Assembly: GCA_965203325.1 (NCBI GenBank)
Contig: OZ241875.1
Coordinates: forward strand, 1,280,001 to 1,344,000
Source of the DNA: a bacterium
GTDB lineage: Bacteria > UBA8248
DNA length: 64,000 bases
Direction: 5' to 3'
The number at the start of each line of letters is the position of its first letter. Positions within the stretch are counted from its first letter, which is position 1. Of this stretch, positions 18,691 through 29,740 are shown one piece after another. Below the pieces are notes generated by a model. The model saw only the letters and a program-made list of their open reading frames with translations, had not been told where the DNA came from and searched no databases. Both the position numbers and the translations under genes were made by a program.

Positions 18691-19362
18691 TTATTCGTTC
18701 AGGGCGAAAATTCGAGAGGCGATATCACGACCCAGCGTATGCCGGCTACCGTTGACCAACAGCGTTACCGTGCCGGCGAGAGGCGATTGCTCGATGACTT
18801 CTATCGGCATTTCGGGGAAAAACCCCAGCTCTCCCAGGTAGCGCAATATGTTCGGGTCGTCCTGCAATACGCGGGTAATCTTCGTGGCCCGCCCCGCCTC
18901 GAGCGAGAGGAGCCCGATTTCCTTGGTATCGACCATGGTGCCGTCTTTGGCGGGAATCGGGTCCCCGTGGGGATCCAGCGTGGGATAGCCGAGCTCCTTG
19001 TCCAAAACGGCTTCCAGCTCTTCGCTCAAGACGTGCTCCAATTCTTCCGCCTCGACATCCACCTTGTCCCACTCGATTCCCATCTTCTGGTTGAGATACA
19101 GTTCGAGCAACCGGTGATGCCGAATAATCTCCAAGGCGACCTTCTCGCCCTTGGCGCTCAAGACGACCCCCTTATACGGCGTATACGTGAGCAAGCCCTG
19201 GTGATCGAGTTTCTTGACCATGCTCGTCACCGACGCCGCCGATATTTCCATGCAATCGGCTATCGCGCTCGTGGTGACCGGAGATGCTTCTTGTTGAAGC
19301 TTGAAGATGTTCTTCAAATAATCTTCGATTTGCTTGCTCAAACGCGGCGATGATTCGGGCAA
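18691..19362 (-). CDS. DtxR/MntR family metal-dependent transcriptional regulator with C-terminal FeoA domain
   Basis: 'EDYLKNI', 'SAASVTSMVKKL', 'IRHHRLLELYL', 'EAEELEHVLS', 'DPHGDPIP'. Confidence 0.92.
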   Translation of the reverse strand: MPESSPRLSKQIEDYLKNIFKLQQEASPVTTSAIADCMEISAASVTSMVKKLDHQGLLTYTPYKGVVLSAKGEKVALEIIRHHRLLELYLNQKMGIEWDKVDVEAEELEHVLSEELEAVLDKELGYPTLDPHGDPIPAKDGTMVDTKEIGLLSLEAGRATKITRVLQDDPNILRYLGELGFFPEMPIEVIEQSPLAGTVTLLVNGSRHTLGRDIASRIFALNE

Positions 19363-19471
19363 GGGGGAATCCTCTGATTAGCGGTGAATCGCCAAAAAAT
19401 CATCCTAAAATCAGCACCGGCGGGTGTCAACCGAATATATCGCCCCCAAAGGCGGGAGCGACGCTCCCGGC

Positions 19472-21157
19472 TTACTCATACACGAACGTGGCGGTGATCG
19501 CCTTGCGTTCGAGGCCTTCGGGAAACGGCTCGAACGGCGCCGCCTTGGCGACGGCGGCCATCGCCAAATCATCGAGAATCCGAACGCCCGCGGACCTGAT
19601 GAGACGCACATCCTCCAAAGTGCCGTTTTTCCGCAGCTTAAAGCGCAACAACAGCTCGCCCCTGTTTTTTTGCGCCTCCGCCGGCCATATCCAGGCGTTT
19701 TGGATCCTTCTCTTGATGTGAGCGAAATAAGAAGCGTATCGGAAATCACGGGTGTCAAGCGAAATGGTTTCGCCCTCTTCTCTTTCCAGCTCTTTATCCG
19801 ATGAGCTTTTTTTTGCGATTCTGTCCGCCGCCTCATCCGAGAGATCGAACTTCGGGAGCTCGGGCTTGCCTTTGGGCTGGGGCTTGACTCGAAACAACGC
19901 CAAAGGGTCTTTGGGTTGAGGCCGCTTGGGGGCTGGAGGCCGCGGTCGGACAGGTCGAGAAACCGGTTTCAACGCGGCCAGTTCAACCTTCTCCTTCGTC
20001 TGTTTCTTCGCCTCGACTTTCTTGTTCTCCTTTCGAGGCTTTTTCCGGACCACCTTTTTTTCCGCTTTCTTCCTGATCACCGGTTTGGGTTCGGGCTTCT
20101 TCTTGGGAAGCGCTTTGGCTTCTATTTTTTTCTTATCCGGCGTTTCATCTGCCGTTAGCTTTGGTTTTATCTTTTCTCCGAGAACAGGAGTTGAGACTTT
20201 TTGTGAAGGCTCAGGCGCCGGCGCAAGGCTCGCCGTCTCTGTCGGCTTTGGCGTTTCTGCTATCTCCAAAGTTTCAGGAGCTTTCCTTTCCTGTGGTTTT
20301 TCCACCTTCTTCGGTTCAGGTTTCGGCGTTACGACCGCCGGGGGCTTGGGGCTCACCGGCAGGGCGGCGGGAACTTGGGCCTTCGGTTTCGGGGCCGGGG
20401 AGGATGCGGCCATTTCCGGCTTTTTGGTATTTTCTCCCTTCGCCTCGATTTTCTGGTCCCCCTTACGAGGTTCTTTCTTGACGACCTGCTTTACCGGTTT
20501 CTGCTTGACCACCGGCTTGGGCTTGTTCTTGATCTTCGGAATCGCTTCGGCTTCTATTTTTCTCTTATCCGGCGTTTCATCTGCAGTTGGCTTTGGTTTT
20601 GCCTTTTCTTGAATCGCGGGCGGCGGGGTCTTGGGTGAAGGCTCAGGCGCCGGCGCAAGGCTCGCCATTTCCCTTGGCTTTGGCGTTTCTGCTATCTCCG
20701 AAGTTTCAGGAGCTCTCTTTTCCTGTGGTTTTTCCACCTTCTTCGGTTCAGGCTTCGGCGTTACGACCGCAGGGGGCTTGGGGCTCACCGGCAGGGCGGC
20801 GGGAGGTGGAACCTTCGGTTTTGGGGCCGGCGCCAAGGACGCTATCTCAGGGCTAACGACACCCCTGCGAGAAGGAAGCCGGTCTCTGTCTTCGCGCCTT
20901 AAGCGCGGTGTCTTGCCGGGTTTGCCGGCGCCACTTTCTTTCCGGTTGGCATTCGACAGATTTCGACTTTGGCGGTTCGGGGGAAGTTTTTCCTCGGGTT
21001 TCTCGACGGACACGACCCGAAACTTGATAGGCTGGCTTGGCTTGACGGGTTTGCTCCAAACGTATTCATGACTCGATGCCGCGAATACGATCAGGTGCAA
21101 CGATAACGATATCAGGAAAAGGGTGAAAGGAAGTTTGTTCGGTTTATCTTTCGCCAT
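19472..21157 (-). CDS. TonB/TolA family protein with a long Pro/Lys-rich linker
   Basis: N-terminal TM helix with S-x3-H ('SLSLHL'), Pro/Lys/Glu linker, C-terminal 'YFAHIKRRIQNAWIWP...RSAGVRILDDLAMAAVAKAAPFEPFP'. Confidence 0.85.
   Translation of the reverse strand: MAKDKPNKLPFTLFLISLSLHLIVFAASSHEYVWSKPVKPSQPIKFRVVSVEKPEEKLPPNRQSRNLSNANRKESGAGKPGKTPRLRREDRDRLPSRRGVVSPEIASLAPAPKPKVPPPAALPVSPKPPAVVTPKPEPKKVEKPQEKRAPETSEIAETPKPREMASLAPAPEPSPKTPPPAIQEKAKPKPTADETPDKRKIEAEAIPKIKNKPKPVVKQKPVKQVVKKEPRKGDQKIEAKGENTKKPEMAASSPAPKPKAQVPAALPVSPKPPAVVTPKPEPKKVEKPQERKAPETLEIAETPKPTETASLAPAPEPSQKVSTPVLGEKIKPKLTADETPDKKKIEAKALPKKKPEPKPVIRKKAEKKVVRKKPRKENKKVEAKKQTKEKVELAALKPVSRPVRPRPPAPKRPQPKDPLALFRVKPQPKGKPELPKFDLSDEAADRIAKKSSSDKELEREEGETISLDTRDFRYASYFAHIKRRIQNAWIWPAEAQKNRGELLLRFKLRKNGTLEDVRLIRSAGVRILDDLAMAAVAKAAPFEPFPEGLERKAITATFVYE
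19975..20835. repeat. Intragenic tandem duplication (period 432 bp = 144 aa) in the TonB linker
   Basis: TTACGACCGC.GGGGGCTTGGGGCTCACCGGCAGGGCGGCGGGA at 20329 and 20761. The peptide 'PAALPVSPKPPAVVTPKPEPKKVEKPQE' occurs twice. Outer limits approximate. Confidence 0.9.
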
Positions 21158-21236
21158 ACGTCCCTCTCTGCTCAATCTTCATCATCGCTTGAATACGTGA
21201 GAGAAGGCAAACCAGCGGATCAGAATAAATCTCCAC

Positions 21237-21267
21237 AAAAAAAGGGGGCCTCCGTGAGGCCCCCTTT
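21237..21267 (-). terminator. Intrinsic terminator of groES-groEL
   Basis: Perfect 12-bp stem AAAGGGGGCCTC/GAGGCCCCCTTT with a 3-nt loop and T run on the minus strand, 18 bp after the groEL stop. Confidence 0.85.
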
Positions 21268-21285
21268 GAACATCATGACGACAAC

Positions 21286-22959
<1,674 letters not shown>

Positions 22960-23262
22960 CTAGTTGATGACCGCCAGCACATCGTCTTCGCGCATGATCA
23001 GATACTCTTCGCCATCGGACTTCACCTCGGTGCCCGCATACTTGGCGAAAAGAATTTTGTCGCCCTCGCCCACTTCGGGCGCCTGCCGTTTCCCGTCATC
23101 GGTCACCTTGCCGGGGCCGACGGCGATGACTTCCCCCTCCTGGGGTTTTTCTTTCGCGGAATCGGGGATGATGATCCCGCCGATCTGTTCCTCTTCCTCA
23201 TCCAGACGCTTCACCAAAATGCGATCCTGAAGAGGCTGTATCCTGGTTTTGGTCTTTGCCAT
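22960..23262 (-). CDS. groS: Co-chaperonin GroES
   Basis: '[11 protein letters not shown]', '[24 protein letters not shown]', 'KYAGTEV'. Confidence 0.99.
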   Translation of the reverse strand: MAKTKTRIQPLQDRILVKRLDEEEEQIGGIIIPDSAKEKPQEGEVIAVGPGKVTDDGKRQAPEVGEGDKILFAKYAGTEVKSDGEEYLIMREDDVLAVIN

Positions 23263-23378
23263 CACTTCCTCCTTGTCAGTAGAAAAATGCTGCTTGTTTC
23301 ATTGAAACCGTTTGTCCCCTGGAGTCGTGTGCCGGGCGAAACACCACCCGACTTTTCGGCTCCTCGTTTCTGAGCGAG

Positions 23379-23407
23379 TGTATATGGAAAACGAGAATGT
23401 TTGTCAA
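23379..23407 (-). promoter_or_regulatory. Sigma70-type promoter of groESL
   Basis: Minus strand TTGACA (23407-23402), 17-bp spacer, TATACA (23384-23379). Confidence 0.65.
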
Positions 23408-23413
23408 GCGCTA

Positions 23414-23440
23414 TTAGCACTCAAGGCGCTCGGCTGCTAA
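23414..23440. promoter_or_regulatory. CIRCE element (HrcA operator) upstream of groES
   Basis: TTAGCACTC-N9-GGCTGCTAA, 2 mismatches to TTAGCACTC-N9-GAGTGCTAA, directly upstream of the -35. Confidence 0.85.
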
Positions 23441-23675
23441 CAGCACGGATTCGCCTTCCAAATCGCTGATTCTTCTTTATTTAGGGATGCGCTATCGACC
23501 GGGCGGGGAACCCGGCGCGAGAAAATGTTCTGAAATCCCCGGCGATCATCCCGCCTGCCGCATCGCCGGATGACGAACGCCGCGCCATAGGCTATCTTCT
23601 CGCCGAACCAGGGCTTTCACGCTTCTCCCCGGGACGGGGAATCTCACATCCGCAACGCAAAAGGAGTTCGACCAA

Positions 23676-24452
<777 letters not shown>

Positions 24453-24652
24453 GCGGTTCCAACTCCTCATGGCGCCACACCCCGGAGCGGCGCGCCCGAA
24501 AGAGGGATGACGTTCCCTATCGACGGTCGTTCGCGCCTGCGCCCCCGGCGCATACCCGGAGCGAGTGCGCAACTGCGGGCGCTTGCGGGCAAATGCGGGG
24601 GTCAAAGCCGATGGATGAATGAGGCTTTGCCGGCGTGATGCGGTGCGGGAGG

Positions 24653-24762
24653 AAATGCAGGCGCTTGCGCGCAAATGCGGGGTTTCCAAAAAAACTTTTT
24701 TTTGCGCCATATCTGAGTGCGGGACGCTCAGGTTTCTATGGTAACTCCTTTTATTACAATCA
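24653..24762. repeat. Dispersed ~110-bp non-coding element, copy 2
   Basis: Aligns to the reverse complement of 16939-17046. Short sub-motif copies (TTGCG(C/G)GCAAATGCG) also occur near 24583 and 25007. Confidence 0.75.
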
Positions 24763-25060
24763 CTTGCATAGTCAGAAATTTTCAGGAATTTATCGAAAAA
24801 CCCCGTGAATTTATCGTATTTTACAGGAAATATCATTATTTTTATTTTCATGCCGTCCCTGAACCCATTCTCATCACGCTTCCCCGCGCCATCACCCCAT
24901 CCCATGAGAAAGCCTCCTCCGCCTGCGCCTCAGTCCGCCGGGAAAAAACCCCCTCCCCGCGTCGCGCGCACGATAGCGCAGTCTGCGGTTTTGGGAATGA
25001 CGGCAATTGCGCGCAAATGCGCCCCCGGCCCGAAAACCAACCCCCCGGATGGAGGGTTCT

Positions 25061-25239
25061 GTAGGGGTCAGACATATATGTCTGACCCCTGCGGAGTACT
25101 CATTATTGGTGTAGGGGCGGTTCGCGAACCGCCCGCATTCGTGAACGGCCCTTGCCGGAGAAACGGGCGCTTCACGAAGCGCCCCTACGGGTCGTCTCGA
25201 TACGCGGGGTTTCGTAGGGACAACCCCCTGTGGTTGTCC
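25061..25239. repeat. Cluster of GTAG-type REP-like palindromes
   Basis: GTAGGGGTCAGACATATATGTCTGACCCCTGC (25061), GTAGGGGCGGTTCGCGAACCGCCC (25111), reverse-oriented GGGCGCTTCACGAAGCGCCCCTAC (25165-25188), GTAGGGACAACCCCCTGTGGTTGTCC (25214). Confidence 0.8.
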
Positions 25240-25341
25240 GAGGCCCCCGCGCCTGTCCGGGGTCCGGCGTGTCCGCTCGATTGGCTGGAAAACCAACCCC
25301 CCCTACCCCCCCTTGAGGGTTTTGCCAATCAACGAGAGAAG

Positions 25342-25522
25342 GGATCAACTCCCCCCTTGAGGGGGAGTCGACGAGGTAAGGGCGAAGCCCGCAAGCGAGT
25401 CGGTGGGGGGAGCTTTTATTTTAGAATCGTCCCCCCACCGAGTCAGCCTTCGCAAAAAACGCTCGGCTTCCTCGTCTGGCTTTCCCCTCGGGAAGCCAGA
25501 CCCTCAAGGGGGGAGTTGATCC
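25342..25522. repeat. MITE-like palindromic element, copy A
   Basis: 22-bp terminal inverted repeats GGATCAACTCCCCCCTTGAGGG / CCCTCAAGGGGGGAGTTGATCC, with internal hairpins GGGCGAAGCCC and CGGTGGGGGG...CCCCCCACCG. Confidence 0.8.
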
Positions 25523-25920
25523 TTTTTTGCGGGGGTTGCCTTTACCCCCTGTTAAGGGGAGGTTGGGGGTCAAACCCGACCGATGAGGGAGGGTTTGCCT
25601 TTCAAGGAGAAAGGGCCGACACCCCTCAAAGGGCTGCTTTAAGGGGTTGAAAAAACCCCTGAAGATGGGAATTGCTGCGACACGATCCCCGAGGTGCAGG
25701 CCGAGTCGGGGTGTCGGCTACGTTCATGAAACGCGAAGTGGGGGCCGCCCGTTGTTCCCCCTCCCGGCTCGAGGACTCAAACTCATAACCGGGAGCGGTA
25801 CAATTTGCTCCATCACGAGGGAAGCAACCAACGGGCAACCCCCTTTTTCGCTCTCCTCATGCCGCCCCGGCCCCGGGGCCGTGAAGCCCCGGAAGCCTGA
25901 AGGCGTCCTGCTTCAAACTT

Positions 25921-28185
25921 CTAGTCGTCAAGCCGCGCGCCGTAAGCGCCGGCCGCCATACCGTTCACGAAGTTGGCGTTGAACTCGCCGACTACCGCTG
26001 CGGGAGCATCGGTATCTCCTTCTCCTGCCGCGCCATAGAATTGACCGGTAAGGGAGCCGTTATCGCCCTGCATTCCACTTGCGGAACCATTGGTTAAAGC
26101 ATAGTCGCTACCAACTATCCCCCTGATAGTGACATTCCAATTTTGCTCTTCTCCATGCTCGAGCTCAAAATTTGAGATACTTCCCCTCATTGAGTTGAGT
26201 ACACGGTTAGTTGTTCCATCGAAATGAACATGCATATACACATCAGCGGTAAAGCGGCCAGATGTGGAATAGTCATTGGAGCCATCAGCCTTCGATACCT
26301 CATGCACGTAAACGCCTGCAGCGCCGCCCGTATACTCCGCCGCTCCTGTTATAGCATCAAGTGTTCTAGTGGGGATGGTCAGGCCACTCCCGACACCGGC
26401 AAACGTCTGCACGGCGTCATAGGAAGTAACTTTGCCGTCCTTGGTGGTGGTGTCCAGCCAGAAGCCGTAGTACAGGTAATTGTCATCCGCAACGTCGACT
26501 GTAGCGCCTGCGTCAGGAGTGAACGTCCATGTTCCCGCCATTTCGGTTGCTTTGCCTTCATCATCAACTGTTACACTACAACCAGTTGAGGCACACAGAT
26601 ATGTTCCCATGGCGCCATCGAAGCGGCCTCTGTGCATACCCTCATTGACAGCTGGAGTTGTAGAATCGTCCTGATCGAATTCTTTTGTTGATTCGGCGCC
26701 TTCGTCAGGTGTCGTTACACCTAGGTCTATATGCGCCAAGTGATTTGGATCACCACTGGTAATTACGGTGAGTGATCTGAAATTATTGTCTCCAGTTCTA
26801 TCCGGGTCATCGTTTGCATTAAAAGGATAGACCTTGGTGAACGCAGTCGGGGTACCAGCATCTAGTCCATCCGTGTGCAGGACGATAATCTCCCGGCTGG
26901 TTCCACTATTATCCCTGGTAAGCATTTGACCATTGCCAAACCTCTCCGCCGTGGAAAACTTCGGGTCGCCTTTGAGAAGGTTCCTCCCGTCACGAACATC
27001 AACATTGGCTTCGCCGTCCTTATAGCTTACCGACAGTTTATATTTGGTAGCTGCATCTGGAGCTGAAGTAGCGTCATCGGCGACTTCAGCCTCAGTTCCA
27101 TCGAAAGGACGTTCTTGACCAGTAGTGGTATCTGCTTCTGCTGTGATAGCGGCCTTCTTGGTATTCGCAATCTTTGTGATCGCATCGCGGGTCTTCTTCG
27201 CAGCCGCAAGGCGCGCTGCTTCTGCATCCGCGTCCGCCTTCGCCTGATTCACCATGCCGGCATACCTCTCAGCGTTAGCGCTGGCGGTTTCCACATCCGC
27301 CTGAGCAGCTTCTGCTGCTTCTGAAGTGGTAGCAGCCTGGGCAGCCCTGTTCGCCTCTGCCGCAACACCCAGAGCCCGTTGAGCGGCATCGTAGGAATCA
27401 GGGTCGGAATCACGATTCGCCTTCGCGGCATCAACCGCGGCTTTCGCGTCCGTGTACGCCTGCATGGCGGCCTGCTTCGCGTCCGCGAGCGCGGTCGCTT
27501 CCGTGTGCGCGGCCGTCACCATGTCTGCGTATTGCATGGCATTGTCCCGCGCGGCCTCTGCATCGGCTTGCGCGGCTTCCGCGGCCTCAGACGTTTCCGC
27601 GGCCTGGGCCGCTTCGTTCGCCGCCGTCGCGGCGGCCAGTGCGGCCACGGCCCTATCGTATGAAGCGGAGTCGGCGTCACCCTGGCCGGCGATAGCATCG
27701 AGCGCGGCCTGCGCGGCATCAAGCGCGGCCTGCGCGGCCTCCTTGGCAGCATTGAGCGCCATCAATTCCATTCTGGCCGCTTCGATCGCATTGTGCGCGG
27801 TCGTCACCATGCCGGCGTATTTCTGCACGTCGGCACTCGCGGCTTCCGCATCGGCCTGCGCTGCCTCCGCGGCCGCCGGAGTCGTGGCGGCATTCGCGGC
27901 CTCCAGGGCGGCCTGTGCGTTATCGTTCGCGATTGACGCCCTGATGTATGAATCGAGATCGGCGGACTTGTTCGCTTCCACGGCCGCCAAGGCCGCAGCA
28001 GCCACTCCGGCGGCTGTCATGGCCGCCGTCTGCGCGGCCGCTATTCTCTCTTCGTCGGTCGGTCCGGTCATCGGCGGTTCTTCCGCAGTCCCGCCCCCGC
28101 CGCCGCAGCCGGCCAGCGTCAGCGCGAACACCGCCGCCAGCGCGAAAGCGTAAAGCTTGTTTATCGGTTTCTCTTTGAACGTCAT
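25921..28185 (-). CDS. Large predicted surface lipoprotein: Ala-rich helical repeats plus a C-terminal beta-rich (TbpB/Slam-substrate-like) domain
   Basis: Lipobox 'LALAAVFALTLAGC' then a Gly linker. Three Ala-rich repeats ending YA(G/D)MV. C-terminus 'GAAEYTGGAAGVY...SGRFTADV...GSLTGQFYG...VVGEFNANFVNGMAAGAYGA' resembles a TbpB-like barrel. GGAGG RBS. Confidence 0.75.
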   Translation of the reverse strand: MTFKEKPINKLYAFALAAVFALTLAGCGGGGGTAEEPPMTGPTDEERIAAAQTAAMTAAGVAAAALAAVEANKSADLDSYIRASIANDNAQAALEAANAATTPAAAEAAQADAEAASADVQKYAGMVTTAHNAIEAARMELMALNAAKEAAQAALDAAQAALDAIAGQGDADSASYDRAVAALAAATAANEAAQAAETSEAAEAAQADAEAARDNAMQYADMVTAAHTEATALADAKQAAMQAYTDAKAAVDAAKANRDSDPDSYDAAQRALGVAAEANRAAQAATTSEAAEAAQADVETASANAERYAGMVNQAKADADAEAARLAAAKKTRDAITKIANTKKAAITAEADTTTGQERPFDGTEAEVADDATSAPDAATKYKLSVSYKDGEANVDVRDGRNLLKGDPKFSTAERFGNGQMLTRDNSGTSREIIVLHTDGLDAGTPTAFTKVYPFNANDDPDRTGDNNFRSLTVITSGDPNHLAHIDLGVTTPDEGAESTKEFDQDDSTTPAVNEGMHRGRFDGAMGTYLCASTGCSVTVDDEGKATEMAGTWTFTPDAGATVDVADDNYLYYGFWLDTTTKDGKVTSYDAVQTFAGVGSGLTIPTRTLDAITGAAEYTGGAAGVYVHEVSKADGSNDYSTSGRFTADVYMHVHFDGTTNRVLNSMRGSISNFELEHGEEQNWNVTIRGIVGSDYALTNGSASGMQGDNGSLTGQFYGAAGEGDTDAPAAVVGEFNANFVNGMAAGAYGARLDD
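27225..28040 (-). repeat. Three intragenic Ala-rich repeats of about 89-96 aa
   Basis: Marker codons (CACCAT) at 27805, 27517 and 27250, i.e. 288 and 267 bp apart. Shared 'D..SY..A', 'AAEAAQAD.E.A' and 'YA.MV'. Confidence 0.85.
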
Positions 28186-28413
28186 TTAGTGAGTCCTCCT
28201 GAATACACAGTAGAAAAAGGGATTTTCCGTGAATTTCCGGCTTTCTCCGATTAACCTCCTTTCGTGAGCTTTTTTTTCGGGCCTTCACAAACTGGTGATT
28301 CGTATTTAGGGCCGCCTGGAATACGGCGGACTTGAACCCTTTCATGCTCCGGGCCGGTCGTGAGTCGTTCCGGGAGAGGCGGATTCCTTCGGTATGCGTC
28401 CCCCTTCCCCGGC

Positions 28414-28447
28414 CTGGGCGCCGGTAATTGATGTTATCGGCCCCCAG
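28414..28447. other. lox-like recombination site, left (14-6-14)
   Basis: CTGGGCGCCGGTAA-TTGATG-TTATCGGCCCCCAG. Arms are 12/14 complementary around an asymmetric spacer. Confidence 0.7.
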
Positions 28448-28569
28448 AAGCCCCGTTTTCCGCCGAAAAACCCGTTTCGGGGCGCATTCGGGCCGTATAT
28501 GAACGAAAAATAAGCGAAAAAAGGCGCAAAACGGCGCCCGAAACCCCTCCGGGGACCCCGGAATTGCGC

Positions 28570-28599
28570 TTGACATGGCCGTGAGAGGTGTTATATCTT
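28570..28599 (+). promoter_or_regulatory. Sigma70-type promoter inside the putative invertible segment
   Basis: TTGACA at 28570-28575. The -10 is TATCTT at 28594-28599 (18-bp spacer) or TG-n-TATATC (16-bp spacer). Phased A-tracts upstream. Confidence 0.65.
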
Positions 28600-28626
28600 C
28601 TGATAACATCAATTATCGGACTCCAG
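28593..28626. other. lox-like recombination site, right, inverted relative to the left site
   Basis: ATATCTTCTGATAA-CATCAA-TTATCGGACTCCAG. The spacer is the exact reverse complement of the left spacer, and 28600-28619 matches the reverse complement of 28421-28440 at 18/20. Confidence 0.7.
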
Positions 28627-28806
28627 AATACCCACTGCCTCGCCAGGAACTCCGCCTGCATTCGCTTGGAGGAACAGCTTTTTTTCTTGGAAATACGCCG
28701 TCGTCGTTTAAACTCCCCAATCGACGAGGCCCTTGAGCGAAACGAGGCGCTCGAACGGCTTTATGAATTGGAAACGGCCGCCGACCCGGAAGGTTCGCTT
28801 CTCTCC

Positions 28807-29730
28807 ATGACGACGGAGGCGACATCGCCCGTCCCGGCTTCAACGACGGCCCCGGTCCGCCCGGCCGCCGACCTGGCGAAGGCCTCGATGGCGAAGAACA
28901 CACGGCGGGCGTACGAGACGGCGCTCAGGGCGTTCGAGCGTTCGGGCCGCCCGGAGACCGACGCCGGGGTGGCGGCGTACCTGGGGGATCTCTACGAGGG
29001 AGGTCTGTCCGCGGCCGTAGCCTCCATGGCGGTCGCGGCGCTGCGCTTCCGGGCGAAGCTGGGCGGGTGGCCCTCCCCGGTGGGGGCGGCCGCCGAGCGG
29101 GTGCTGGCCGGCTTCCGGCGCCTGGCCGCGGAGCGCGGGAGCGGCCAGGTGACGGGGGTGCGCTGGGAGGAGGCGGACCGCGCGGCGACGCTGGCCGAGC
29201 GCTCGGGGACCCTGGGCGGCCTGCGCGACGCGGCGATCATCGCGGTGGCGAGCGACGCCCTGCTCCGGGTGTCGGAGGTCGAGGCGCTCGACGTCGCCGA
29301 CGTGGACCTGGGCGAGCAGACGGTGCTGGTCCGGCGCTCGAAGACGGACCAGGAGGGCGCGGGCGTCCTGCAGTTTCTGGGCGACCCGACCCTGGCGCGC
29401 GTCCGGGCCTGGCTCGAGGGGTCGGGTCTCGCAGAAGGAGCGCTCTTCCGGGCCGTCCACAGGTCGGGCCGGGTGCTGGCGGGGCGCCTGACGGAGAGGG
29501 GCATCCGGCGCATCATCGCCCACCGCGCGCGGGAGGCGGGCCTGGAGGGGCGCATCAGCGGGCACAGCCTCCGCGTGGGCAGCGCGCAGAGCCTCGCCAC
29601 GTCGGGGGCGTCGCTGGTCGAGATGCAAATCGCCGGCCGCTGGCGCTCGCCCGCCATGCCGGGGCGCTACGCGGAGGGCCAGCTCGCGAAACAGGGCGCG
29701 ACGGCGCGGCTGCGCTACGGCCCGCCGTGA
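28807..29730 (+). CDS. Cre-like tyrosine recombinase
   Basis: Catalytic set R ('LLRVSE'), K ('RRSKTDQ'), H-x-x-R ('SGHSLRVG'), W ('AGRW') and Y ('MPGRY'). N-terminal 'NTRRAY' core-binding domain. No arm-binding domain. Confidence 0.9.
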   Translation: MTTEATSPVPASTTAPVRPAADLAKASMAKNTRRAYETALRAFERSGRPETDAGVAAYLGDLYEGGLSAAVASMAVAALRFRAKLGGWPSPVGAAAERVLAGFRRLAAERGSGQVTGVRWEEADRAATLAERSGTLGGLRDAAIIAVASDALLRVSEVEALDVADVDLGEQTVLVRRSKTDQEGAGVLQFLGDPTLARVRAWLEGSGLAEGALFRAVHRSGRVLAGRLTERGIRRIIAHRAREAGLEGRISGHSLRVGSAQSLATSGASLVEMQIAGRWRSPAMPGRYAEGQLAKQGATARLRYGPP

Positions 29731-29740
29731 GGCAGCTCTC

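Noticed and set aside
24717..25982. ORFs in the repeat-rich spacers (e.g. 24805-25650, 29987-30412, 31594-32220)
   Set aside because: The translations are read-throughs of the palindromic repeats ('NSPLEG', 'PPYPPLTG'), with no RBS support or domain signal.
25921..27200. Lipoprotein as the target of a diversity-generating retroelement
   Set aside because: No reverse transcriptase and no template/variable repeat pair differing at adenines were found in the window.
28588..28806. N-terminal 73-aa extension of the recombinase ORF in the track
   Set aside because: It overlaps the promoter and right lox-like site and is not recombinase-like. ATG 28807 is the more plausible start.
28807..29730. 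Recombinase as an integron integrase, XerC/D or prophage integrase
   Set aside because: It has the Cre-type W before the catalytic Tyr (GRW rather than LGH), no IntI-specific insertion and no arm-binding domain. No phage genes, tRNA att site or attC cassette array are nearby.
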